Shown here: positions 29,419 through 38,688 of the stretch, one piece after another
Layout: the number at the start of each line of letters is the position of its first letter
How positions within the stretch are numbered: position 1 is the first letter of the stretch
IMG/VR virus record: IMGVR_UViG_3300025120_014607
Span: 1-49,635 of that record
Source: a virus
Lineage: Duplodnaviria; Caudoviricetes
DNA: 49,635 nucleotides
Strand: one strand, 5' to 3'
The notes under the pieces: model-generated
Databases searched by the model: none
Told to the model about the DNA's origin: nothing
Seen by the model: only the letters and a program-made list of their open reading frames with translations
Position numbers and translations under genes: made by a program

Positions 29419-30523
29419 TAAAATAGAACCAGCCAATATTCTTGACAATTTTTTAAAAGCAAACAAGGATGATCATTTTAATTTTGAAGATACTGTGGAA
29501 TACAAAGTTTCTAGTGGCTCCTTGCAATTAGATTATCATCTCGCAGGAGGTTTTGGTCCTGGGTTACATAGATTCACAGGAGTTAACGAGGGAGGTAAAA
29601 CTTCTGAATCTTTACAGGTTATGAAAAACTTCTTGACAGGTTTAGACAAATCTAGAGGTGTGTATATTAAAGCAGAAGGAAGGTTAGGTCCAGAAGTTAA
29701 AGAAAGATCTGGGGTTAAATTTGTGTTTTCTCCAGAAGAGTGGGTAGATGGAACGTGTTTTGTTTTCGAGAGTAATGTTTACGAAGCGGCTATGACTCTA
29801 ATTAGGCAGTTGATCACCAATAATGACGATAAGATTAAATATTGCTTTATCATAGATTCTGTAGACGGTTTGATTAAGAAAGACGATTTAGCTAAAGGTT
29901 TTGAAGAAAGCAGTAAGGTTGCAGGTGGTGCGGTTATAGCTTCTGATTTTTGCAAAAAAACTAGCACCGCTTTAGGCAAAAGAGGACATATGGCTATCTT
30001 CATTAGCCAAGTTCGAGCAGATATTAAACTAGATCCTTATTCAAAAGCGCCTGTTCGACAGACTACAGCTACAGGAGGCAATGCGTTGTTGCACTTCGCT
30101 AACAATATCATGGAATTCGAACCTAGATTTAAAGGCGATTTGATTTTAAAAAATCCGACTGTAAAAACTATAGACTCTAAAAAGAATCCGATCATTGGAC
30201 ATCACGCTAAAGTGACAATTAAAAAATCTGCTCATGAAAATACCAACATGACTATTTCTTATCCCATAAAATATGGGCGTAGTAATGGCACATCTATTTG
30301 GGTAGAAAAAGAAGTCGTAGACTTGTTATACGCTTGGGAGTTTATGCAGAAAAAAGGGGCTTGGATTAAACCCACAGAAGATTTTCTAGATTTGCTAAAA
30401 GAAAATAAATTTGACTTCCCAGAAAAAATACAAGGAGATAATAATTTATTTAAAACTATCGAGGACAATAAAGACTTGTGTAAATTTCTCATTGATTATT
30501 TCAAAGAACAAATTGTAGCATGA
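29411..30523 (+). CDS. recA: RecA/UvsX-like recombinase
   Basis: SSGSLQLD..L.GG, Walker A GVNEGGKT, IIDSVDGL, FISQVR, TGGNALLHFA. Confidence 0.88.
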   Translation: MSDKIEPANILDNFLKANKDDHFNFEDTVEYKVSSGSLQLDYHLAGGFGPGLHRFTGVNEGGKTSESLQVMKNFLTGLDKSRGVYIKAEGRLGPEVKERSGVKFVFSPEEWVDGTCFVFESNVYEAAMTLIRQLITNNDDKIKYCFIIDSVDGLIKKDDLAKGFEESSKVAGGAVIASDFCKKTSTALGKRGHMAIFISQVRADIKLDPYSKAPVRQTTATGGNALLHFANNIMEFEPRFKGDLILKNPTVKTIDSKKNPIIGHHAKVTIKKSAHENTNMTISYPIKYGRSNGTSIWVEKEVVDLLYAWEFMQKKGAWIKPTEDFLDLLKENKFDFPEKIQGDNNLFKTIEDNKDLCKFLIDYFKEQIVA

Positions 30524-30927
30524 AATTTGTTGACAGATACGGCAAAGAAAGAAATCTCAAAAATGCGAAGAAATATTTAATTGATTGGGAAAAACCTAGC
30601 AGAAGTAAATTTCAAACTACTGTCAAAAAATTCTTGTATAAATACTGGAAAAATGACATTGTTTTCGAAGAGTTTCGCGTGGTTGGTAGCAGACTAACTT
30701 TAGACTTTTACAACGCTAATAAAAAAATAGCTGTAGAAGTTCAGGGAGCGCAACACACAAAATTTGTTAAGTTTTTCCATAAAAACCATTTTAAATATGC
30801 TGATCAACTTAAAAGAGATGAGCACAAATTAAACTTTTGTAAGGCTAATGAAATTCAGCTAGCAGAAGTTTATCCAAAAGACGAAATCCAAGCTTCTTTA
30901 TTTACCGAGCAAGATATTTATTTATGA
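30520..30927 (+). CDS. PD-(D/E)XK endonuclease (Vsr/DUF559-like)
   Basis: LDFY..KIAVEVQGAQH...RD..K..FC. Confidence 0.78.
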   Translation: MKFVDRYGKERNLKNAKKYLIDWEKPSRSKFQTTVKKFLYKYWKNDIVFEEFRVVGSRLTLDFYNANKKIAVEVQGAQHTKFVKFFHKNHFKYADQLKRDEHKLNFCKANEIQLAEVYPKDEIQASLFTEQDIYL

Positions 30928-31166
30928 ATTTACCAGAAGGCAGTGATGATAAGGAATTTTGTATTCCTACAGAGATGGTTGATAAGCTTTATGAGCTTTC
31001 GGGCGGGGCTGATAAGTATAAAGGTGTTATTATGGCTGTTTCTTCTGAAAATGGGAAGCCGCTTATTTATTGTAAATTTGATTGTGGCATGACAGAATTT
31101 GCTCTAACAAAAACTCTTGAAAATCATTTTCAACATGCATCTAACGAAATAATAGAAGAAGACTAA
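30924..31166 (+). CDS. Hypothetical protein
   Basis: 80-aa ORF coupled by ATGA and TAATG overlaps on both sides. Confidence 0.65.
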   Translation: MNLPEGSDDKEFCIPTEMVDKLYELSGGADKYKGVIMAVSSENGKPLIYCKFDCGMTEFALTKTLENHFQHASNEIIEED

Positions 31167-32683
31167 TGATATACAATTTTGAACTAGAAAAACAATTATT
31201 AGCTGGTTTACTCAAAGAACCAGAAAGTCTTGCAGAGATTTCTAATTTTATTAGTAATTCAGATTTTTACTCTAAACAAAGCTCGTTACATTCGGCTATC
31301 TTCAGGATTATTCAGCAAGCTATTGATGCTGGTGATGAAATTGATGAAATTATTATTGCCCAGAGAGTAAATGATATTGGTTTATCGTTTGAGGACAATC
31401 TCAATCCTTCTGATTATATTAAATCATTATCTTTGAGAAAAGTCCCCAAAGGTAATATTTTAAAGACAGCTAAAGAACTTAAAAAGTATACGATAAGAAG
31501 AGAAATACTGGAGTCTTCTCAAGAGATTGTGAAGAAGATGAAGAATATTTCTCCAGAATCTTCTTATAGAGATATTATAGAGGTTGCTGACAATGTTTAT
31601 AATTCTCGCATTAATCTCTATGAGATAGGAAACGATAGCCCAGAAAATATTTATGAGGAGATGGAAGCTCTCGTCGAAGAGCGTGGGAATAATCCTGTGA
31701 CTGAATTCGGCATGATGGGTCCACATGGGAAGATAAATGATATTTATGGCTCTCTTCTAAGGGCTGGTAACATTACGGTTATAGTCGCTCGTTCTGGTGT
31801 GGGCAAGACGCAGTTTTGCATGGACTATTCTACTAAAGTTAGTTTAAAATATGACGTTCCTGTTCTGCATTTTGATAATGGTGAGATGAGTAAAGAAGAA
31901 CTCATCATGAGACAATGTGCTGCTATATCTGGAGTGCCGATGCATTTGTTGGAAAATGGTAAATGGAGGCAAGCTGGACAGGATGTGGTGGATAAAGTTA
32001 GATCTGTTTGGCCAAAAATAAGTAAATTAAAATTTTATTACTACAATGTAGGTGGGATGGATGTAGATTCTATGGTTAACACTCTAAAGAGATTTTATTA
32101 TGCTAAAGTCGGTAGGGGTAACCAAATGGTCTTTTCTTTTGATTATATCAAAACAACGTCTGAAAATAATGGTAATAAATCAGAATGGCAAGTTGTTGGA
32201 GAAATGGTTGACAAATTTAAGAAATGTGTCCAAAAAGAAATACTACATGACGGCAACCCTGTTATTCCTATGATTACATCAGTTCAATCCAACAGATACG
32301 GCATAACAACCAACAGGACTTCTCAAAATATCGTTGATGATGAATCTATCGTTTCTCTATCAGACAGGATTACTCAATTTTGTTCCCACATGTTTATTCT
32401 CCGCAGTAAAACCACAGACGAAGTAGAGACTGAAGGCGGGAGATTCGGAACACATAAGCTTATTAATGTAAAAGCTAGACACTTAGGTAGTGATATCGCT
32501 GGAGCTGTGGAGCCTGTAAGTATTGGAGACTCTTTGAGAAAAAATGCTATTAATTTAGATTTTAATAATTTCAATATAACAGAAAGAGGAGATCTTAGAG
32601 ATGTAGCTAGAATTCTGAATGGAGAGGAAGATTTAGATAATGATGGAATCCAAGAAACAATCCCCGACTTCGATCAATTCTGA
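31166..32683 (+). CDS. dnaB: Replicative DnaB-like (SF4) helicase
   Basis: N-terminal E..LL..LL/DFY..H..IF domain, Walker A ARSGVGKT, EM, FDYIK, QSNR, KAR. Confidence 0.92.
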   Translation: MIYNFELEKQLLAGLLKEPESLAEISNFISNSDFYSKQSSLHSAIFRIIQQAIDAGDEIDEIIIAQRVNDIGLSFEDNLNPSDYIKSLSLRKVPKGNILKTAKELKKYTIRREILESSQEIVKKMKNISPESSYRDIIEVADNVYNSRINLYEIGNDSPENIYEEMEALVEERGNNPVTEFGMMGPHGKINDIYGSLLRAGNITVIVARSGVGKTQFCMDYSTKVSLKYDVPVLHFDNGEMSKEELIMRQCAAISGVPMHLLENGKWRQAGQDVVDKVRSVWPKISKLKFYYYNVGGMDVDSMVNTLKRFYYAKVGRGNQMVFSFDYIKTTSENNGNKSEWQVVGEMVDKFKKCVQKEILHDGNPVIPMITSVQSNRYGITTNRTSQNIVDDESIVSLSDRITQFCSHMFILRSKTTDEVETEGGRFGTHKLINVKARHLGSDIAGAVEPVSIGDSLRKNAINLDFNNFNITERGDLRDVARILNGEEDLDNDGIQETIPDFDQF

Positions 32684-33710
32684 AGAATTCCAAGGAATTC
32701 TAGAATCGATAGGCTATAGTCTCATAGATTGTGGTGACCATTGGCGAACTCAAGCTCTTTACAGAGATGGAGACAATAATACCGCCGTCAAGATATACAA
32801 AAATACTGGTGTCTGGATGGACTTCGTTGAGAACAAAGGTTGCAAGCCTTTTGAGGCTCTAATCAGACTCACTTTAAAAGACAATAAACAGACAGAAGAA
32901 ATTTTATTAAACTCTTCCACAGATAATGTAACTGTTTATCAGCCCAAAGAAAAAATTGAAATGGAAAAAATTTACGATGACTCTCATCTAGAGAGATTAT
33001 TCCCTAACTATAACTTCTATAAAAAACGGAACATATCTGAAGAAACCCAAAAGGTTTTTCAAGTAGGTCTAGCAGGGGTAGGGAAGATGTATAGAAGAAT
33101 GGTCTTTCCTGTTTATAATGAACACAAACAAATCATTGGATTTTCAGGAAGAAAAGTTGATGATGATAATAATTTCCCTAAATGGAAACATATCGGGAAG
33201 CGCAATAATTGGGTCTACCCAGCTTTTAATAAAACAACAGGGGTAGAGGAAGAAATAAATTTAAAGGAAGAAGTAATTTTAGTAGAAAGTATAGGTGATG
33301 CATTGGCTCTTTACGAACAAAACATTAGGAATGTTCTTGTCATTTTTGGTTTATCTGTTAATAATAACATTGTTAATTACCTTAGTAGTAGGTGTATTAA
33401 TCGCATATATATTTCAACAAATAACGATAACAATAGCGGGGAAAATAGGGGGTTTATTGCAGCCTTAAAAAGTTTTTTGAAATTATCTAACTACTTCGAT
33501 CTAAACTCTTTAAGTGTAAAATTCCCGCCCAAGCCGTATAATGATTTCGGTGATGCTCATATAGATGGCTGTGACATTAAAAAATATTGGGATGAAAAAT
33601 CAATAGATCAAAATGCACAACTAAAATTTATTTGCGATTTTGTTAAAAACAATTCTTCTAGCTTCACTAAAAAAGAAGTAAAAACTGCTCTATTACTTAG
33701 TGATGCCTGA
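32640..33710 (+). CDS. dnaG: DnaG-type DNA primase
   Basis: RMVFPV..IIGFSGR, PKW, TOPRIM ILVESIGDALAL, NDFGD. Confidence 0.88.
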   Translation: MMESKKQSPTSINSEEFQGILESIGYSLIDCGDHWRTQALYRDGDNNTAVKIYKNTGVWMDFVENKGCKPFEALIRLTLKDNKQTEEILLNSSTDNVTVYQPKEKIEMEKIYDDSHLERLFPNYNFYKKRNISEETQKVFQVGLAGVGKMYRRMVFPVYNEHKQIIGFSGRKVDDDNNFPKWKHIGKRNNWVYPAFNKTTGVEEEINLKEEVILVESIGDALALYEQNIRNVLVIFGLSVNNNIVNYLSSRCINRIYISTNNDNNSGENRGFIAALKSFLKLSNYFDLNSLSVKFPPKPYNDFGDAHIDGCDIKKYWDEKSIDQNAQLKFICDFVKNNSSSFTKKEVKTALLLSDA

Positions 33711-34728
33711 ACCTCAAACACCTCTATCGGCTAGTCGAATAAAAACGGCACAGTCTTGTTCTTGGCTCTATTGGTCAAAGTATAAACTCCGTCTTCCAGA
33801 AAAAGGAAATGATGGAGCTAGAAGAGGATCAATATGTCACCTTGTTTTTGAGGTTCTCGGGGTTAAAAAAAGAAAAAAATATTTTAATAAAATAATTAAA
33901 ACTGAAGACGTTTTTTCTGTTCCCTCTATAAAAAGACTCATCCTTAAACATGCGGTAAAAGAAGGTGTTGATGATAAAGATAATGTAGATCTGATGAAGG
34001 ATATGATCTTTAATGGATTATCTTATGATTTCTTTGGTGGTGATTTATCTAAACCAACAGAAGAATACTCTGAAAAAGATTTCGACATTATTAAGAACGA
34101 GGGGAACGTTAGTTACAAAGTAAGAGGCTTTATTGATAAGCTTTTTCTATACAAGAAAGAAAAATTTGCTCTTATCAGGGACTTTAAAACAAGCAAAGAC
34201 GTATTCAAAGGTAAAGATCAAACAGATAATTTGCAAGATTTGATGTATAGCCTAGCCGTCAAAAAACTTTTCCCAAAATACTCGAATAGAGTCAGTGAAT
34301 TTCTGTTTCTAAAGTTTGACTTAGATCCTGATGCTTCTAAATCTGGTATTGTTAGGATGAAGCCTTTAGACCCCGACGAATTAGAGGGTTTTGAGTTGCA
34401 ACTTACAGAGATTCAAAAATATCTTGATAACTTTTCAGAAAGAGATGCTAGGTATAATTTTGCGGCACATCAAGGGTTCCCTAAAGATAGTTCTTTCACT
34501 GGTAAACTTCTTTGTGGATTTGCGACAAGAAAAGGAGAGTTAAAAAAAGACGGCTTACCTAAATGGCATTGCCCAATGAAATTCGATTTCTTTTACTACG
34601 AAGTCTACAACAAGGAAGGCCAATTTTCGAAATCATACTTCGAAGAAGAGTTTTCCGAGAGCTTGATACCTCAAGGTGGTTCTTGCGAGCTTAGATATTA
34701 TAAGGGTTGTCCCGCACATTCTTCTTGA
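33700..34728 (+). CDS. PD-(D/E)XK exonuclease (RecB/AddB/Cas4-like)
   Basis: LSASRI..C, RGSICH, RGFID, DFKTSK, Q..MY, C-terminal cysteines. Confidence 0.85.
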   Translation: MMPEPQTPLSASRIKTAQSCSWLYWSKYKLRLPEKGNDGARRGSICHLVFEVLGVKKRKKYFNKIIKTEDVFSVPSIKRLILKHAVKEGVDDKDNVDLMKDMIFNGLSYDFFGGDLSKPTEEYSEKDFDIIKNEGNVSYKVRGFIDKLFLYKKEKFALIRDFKTSKDVFKGKDQTDNLQDLMYSLAVKKLFPKYSNRVSEFLFLKFDLDPDASKSGIVRMKPLDPDELEGFELQLTEIQKYLDNFSERDARYNFAAHQGFPKDSSFTGKLLCGFATRKGELKKDGLPKWHCPMKFDFFYYEVYNKEGQFSKSYFEEEFSESLIPQGGSCELRYYKGCPAHSS

Positions 34729-34752
34729 CTTAATCTTTTAATTTGGTATCTT
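34725..34752 (+). promoter_or_regulatory. sigma70 promoter, probably leaderless, for the Pol III genes
   Basis: TTGACT (34725-34730) - 16 bp - TATCTT (34747-34752) with TGn extension; ATG 6 nt later. Confidence 0.7.
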
Positions 34753-34758
34753 CCATTA

Positions 34759-35496
34759 ATGATACCTGTATTCAAGTCCACTTACTCTATTGGTAAGAGT
34801 ATTTTAACTCTTGATGAAGACGAGATTGAAGGCGGTCCCGATAGCATCTTCACCATATGCGAAGAAAACGATATTAAATCGTTAGTCCTAGTAGAAGACT
34901 CTATGACGGGATTCGTGACCGCTCATAATAGATGTAAAGACAAAAATATTGATCTTGTTTTTGGACTTAGGTTGACTTGTTGTAACGACACAAAAGAAGA
35001 TGACAATTCAGACCATAAGGTAGTAGTGTTCGCTAATGATGATGTCGGATGTAAACTGCTTTACAAGATTTATTCCCATGCTCATACAGGTAATGGTAAG
35101 GTAGATTTTGCGTTTCTTAATTCTGTTTGGAATGATAGTGTTGAATTGATCATCCCTTTTTATGATTCATTTATCTTTAATAATAATTTTCACTTAAGAA
35201 AATGTGTTCCTGATTTCACTAAGATAACGCCTACTTTTTGGGTAGAGGAAAACAATCTTCCATTCGATGAGTTACTAAAAGAGAAAGTTATTGCATTCTC
35301 TACTAGAATCGATAGACCCGCTAAGAAAGTAAAAAGTATTTTCTACAAGAATAAAAGGGACGTAGAAGCTTTGCAAACATACAAAATTATTTGTAACAGA
35401 AACTTTGGGAGACCTGCCACTTTAAGCTCTCCTAATCTAAATCACTTTGGCAGCAATGAATTCTGTTTTGAATCTTACTTAGAAAAACAAAAATGA
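34759..35496 (+). CDS. Stand-alone PHP domain (N-terminal part of a split Pol III alpha), metal ligands degenerate
   Basis: FKSTYSIGKS, LVEDSMTG, FGLRL, VVVFANDDVGCKLLYKIYS match the DnaE PHP layout without the HxH ligands. Confidence 0.8.
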   Translation: MIPVFKSTYSIGKSILTLDEDEIEGGPDSIFTICEENDIKSLVLVEDSMTGFVTAHNRCKDKNIDLVFGLRLTCCNDTKEDDNSDHKVVVFANDDVGCKLLYKIYSHAHTGNGKVDFAFLNSVWNDSVELIIPFYDSFIFNNNFHLRKCVPDFTKITPTFWVEENNLPFDELLKEKVIAFSTRIDRPAKKVKSIFYKNKRDVEALQTYKIICNRNFGRPATLSSPNLNHFGSNEFCFESYLEKQK

Positions 35497-36125
35497 ACGA
35501 ATCACTACTTAGATTTAACAAAAAGCAAAGATATGTGGTCTTTGATACTGAAACAGAGGGTTTGAACTTGATTACTTCTCGACCTTGGCAAGTCGCTTGG
35601 ATGGTCGTAGAAGGAGACAATGTAATTGAGAAAAATGATTTGTTTATTGAGTGGCCTGACTTGGAGGTTTCAGAGGGCGCTGCTAAAATCACAGGTTTTA
35701 CAGAAAAGGAATACAACAAAAGATGTGAACCCCCTAAACAAGTCTGGGATAAATTTTCTAAAGAATTATATAATCCTAAAAACTTGATAATCGGGCAGAA
35801 CCTTTTAGGTTTTGATGTTTATATGGTTAATATTTGGAGAAGGCTTATGGATTTAAGTGCAGATTATTCTTTTATACCTAGAATTTTAGACACTAAGGCT
35901 TTAGCCACAGCTATAGCTAAAGAAATGCCTGTAGTTAAAGACGATTTTATCGGTTGGCAATACAGATTGTTAAATTACAGGGAAAGAGGTTTGAAAACAT
36001 CTCAAGCCACCTTATTGAAAAAATATAATATTGACCATGACCCTAAGAGGTTGCATGATGCTTTATACGATATTGAGATGAACTTCAAAGTATTCCGTAA
36101 ACAATTATTCGATCTTGAGATATGA
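35493..36125 (+). CDS. dnaQ: DEDDh 3'-5' exonuclease (DnaQ/epsilon-like)
   Basis: VVFDTETEGL, GQNLLGFD, LDT, HDALYD. Confidence 0.9.
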   Translation: MNESLLRFNKKQRYVVFDTETEGLNLITSRPWQVAWMVVEGDNVIEKNDLFIEWPDLEVSEGAAKITGFTEKEYNKRCEPPKQVWDKFSKELYNPKNLIIGQNLLGFDVYMVNIWRRLMDLSADYSFIPRILDTKALATAIAKEMPVVKDDFIGWQYRLLNYRERGLKTSQATLLKKYNIDHDPKRLHDALYDIEMNFKVFRKQLFDLEI

Positions 36126-38677
36126 GTTCTAGTGCATTTAAAGGGTATGATACCCCATTTCCAGTGGGGGTAAAACTCCCAGAAATCAAAATACAAAAAA
36201 AATATTATGATGAGGTTTCTTGTAAAGACTTGGGAGATAACTTCCAATTCTTAAGAAGGCTTTGCCTTGCTCGTCTTAAAGAAAAAGGCATCCATGAACT
36301 AGAAAACTCTCAAGTCTATTATGACAGACTAAAAGAAGAGTTAACTATTTTTTATGAACTCGGCTTTGTGGATTACATTCTTTTGAATTGGGATATTATC
36401 AACTTCTGCAAAGAAAACGATATTCCGACAGGAGCAGGTAGAGGTAGCGCGGCAGGTTCCTTGGTTCTTTATGTTATAGGAGTTACCAATATTGATCCTA
36501 TTGAATATGATTTATTCTTTGAGAGGTTCGTATCAAAAAGCAGAGCTAAGAAGATCGAGCACAATGGAGAAGTATTTCTGGATGGCAGTTTATTAGCTGA
36601 CGTAGATAATGATATTTCTTACGACAGAAGGGCAGAGGTTATTAAATACATTGAAGACAAGTATGAAGGTAAGACATCAAAAATTCTTACCTTAAATACT
36701 CTTAGTGGTAAACTTTGCATGAAGGAGTGCGGTAAGATTATAGCTGAACTTTCTGAAATGGAGGTGAACCAAATCAGCGATACAATTCCCAAACATTTTG
36801 GTATCGTAGCTAAATTAGACACAGCATATCAAGAGAGCGAGTCTTTTAAATCTTACGCTGACAAATATCCTAAAGTATTTAATATAGCTAAAAAATTACA
36901 AGGATTGAATAAAAACACTGGTGTTCACCCTTCTGGGATTTCTATTTCATATTATGATTTAGATGGAATTATGCCGCTTCAGAAAACGAATGATGATTCT
37001 TTGATTTCTGGTTACGACATGAATGACGTAGCTAGCCTTAGTGTTAAATTTGATATTCTAGGTCTAAGAACTCTTTCAGTTGTTCATGATGTTTGTAAGC
37101 AGGTAGGAATTAATGCTTCTGATATAGACATCAACCACGAAACCATTTATACAGCTTTATCTTGTCTCCGATCACCCCAAGGTCTTTTCCAGATAGAAGC
37201 AGAAACAAACTTCAAAGTTTGCAAGCTAATAGCTCCTCAAAATCTAGAGCAATTGTCTGCCGTGGTAGCTATAGCAAGACCTGGAGCTTTAGATTTCAAG
37301 GATAGTTATGCTACTTATGTAAGAACTGGAGATTTCCAGTCTGTTCATGAATTCTTTGATGATATTTTGAGCTATACTGGAGGTATCCCACTCTACCAAG
37401 AACAGCTTATGAAAATGGCTGTTAAAGTTGGTTTCACTTTGGATGAAGCTGAACAACTAAGAAGAATTGTCGGCAAAAAGAAAGTCGATCAAATGCCAGC
37501 TTGGAAGGTCAAGATTGAGGAAAAAATTGTCTCTAACAAATTAGATAGTGCTATTGGTGATGTTCTTTGGAGGGTCGCCGAGGATTCTGCTAATTATTCC
37601 TTTAACAAATCTCACTCTATCAGTTATGCTCATTTGGCCGCGATAACGGTTTACTTAAAATTCACATACTCACAAGAGTTCTTTTTAAGTTTGTTGAAGT
37701 TCGCAAAATTTGAACCTAACTCTCATGAAGAAATAGCTAAAATTTCTCAAGAGCTTTCTCATTTCGATATTGAGCTTCTGCCACCTGATTTGAATAAGTC
37801 GGATATCGACTTCAAGATAGAGGGTAAAAATATTAGATATGGCTTGAATTCGATCAAAGGCGTATCCACTAAAGTTTTACAGTCTTTGCTTGATTTTAGA
37901 GAAGAGTCTTTCTCTAATAAATATGAAATATTTTTATCTGCGAAACAAGCGGGTTTAAATATAGGCACTTTATCAGCTTTGGTTCAAGCGGGTTTGCTAG
38001 ATTCTTTTGTTAAAAGCAATCGTCCTAGATTAGTTTTAGAGGCCCAAACATTTAATATTTTAACAGATAGAGAAAAGCGAAATTTTGTAGAGCTTGGGGA
38101 GCAAGACAATTATGACATTATTAACTCTATCCATAATGCCAAAAAGGGAGATATGGTCGGAGATGATAACAGGAAGATGTTTTCAGAGAAAAGATTCAAT
38201 ACATTTCGTAAAAAATATCAGCCATATAAAGATATTTATGAGATGAATAAAGAGCATTTAAAATACGCTAATTGGTTTTTTGAAGAGAAGTTGTTGGGTT
38301 ATAGCTATTCTCATAATATAAGAGAGGTATTTAGTTATGAAGACGATTTTAATTCCGCAGACGATGTTAAGGATCTTGGTGACCGCGCCAATGTAAAATT
38401 TGTAGGCGTTTTAACCGATATTATGCGTAGAACTAGCAGGAACGGGAACAAATATGCCCGTTTAACTATGCAGGACGAAGGAGGAGTTCTAGAAGGCTTA
38501 TTTTTAGATGGTAGTAGAGATGCTAGGTTAACAAATTATTTAGATTCTGGAAAAAAATTACCCAAAAAGTCAGATGTTGTGATAATATATGGCTCTAAGG
38601 GAGACGATATTGTTTTTATCGACAAGATTTTTCCTCTAAAAGACAAAATCTACATGAAGTTATCTGAACTTAAATAG
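36122..38677 (+). CDS. dnaE: DNA polymerase III alpha catalytic core lacking PHP
   Basis: GRGSAAGSLV, FERF, ADVDND, HPSG, KFDILGL, YQEQ, YSFNKSH, HhH and C-terminal OB fold. Confidence 0.95.
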   Translation: MSSSAFKGYDTPFPVGVKLPEIKIQKKYYDEVSCKDLGDNFQFLRRLCLARLKEKGIHELENSQVYYDRLKEELTIFYELGFVDYILLNWDIINFCKENDIPTGAGRGSAAGSLVLYVIGVTNIDPIEYDLFFERFVSKSRAKKIEHNGEVFLDGSLLADVDNDISYDRRAEVIKYIEDKYEGKTSKILTLNTLSGKLCMKECGKIIAELSEMEVNQISDTIPKHFGIVAKLDTAYQESESFKSYADKYPKVFNIAKKLQGLNKNTGVHPSGISISYYDLDGIMPLQKTNDDSLISGYDMNDVASLSVKFDILGLRTLSVVHDVCKQVGINASDIDINHETIYTALSCLRSPQGLFQIEAETNFKVCKLIAPQNLEQLSAVVAIARPGALDFKDSYATYVRTGDFQSVHEFFDDILSYTGGIPLYQEQLMKMAVKVGFTLDEAEQLRRIVGKKKVDQMPAWKVKIEEKIVSNKLDSAIGDVLWRVAEDSANYSFNKSHSISYAHLAAITVYLKFTYSQEFFLSLLKFAKFEPNSHEEIAKISQELSHFDIELLPPDLNKSDIDFKIEGKNIRYGLNSIKGVSTKVLQSLLDFREESFSNKYEIFLSAKQAGLNIGTLSALVQAGLLDSFVKSNRPRLVLEAQTFNILTDREKRNFVELGEQDNYDIINSIHNAKKGDMVGDDNRKMFSEKRFNTFRKKYQPYKDIYEMNKEHLKYANWFFEEKLLGYSYSHNIREVFSYEDDFNSADDVKDLGDRANVKFVGVLTDIMRRTSRNGNKYARLTMQDEGGVLEGLFLDGSRDARLTNYLDSGKKLPKKSDVVIIYGSKGDDIVFIDKIFPLKDKIYMKLSELK

Positions 38678-38688
38678 TGTAAAGAATT

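Noticed and set aside
33700-34728. Cas4-like nuclease as evidence of a CRISPR-Cas system
   Set aside because: No cas1/cas2 or array; it sits in the replication operon as in many phages
34759-38677. Split intein or pseudogenised dnaE
   Set aside because: No intein terminal motifs, catalytic residues intact, clean ATGA coupling
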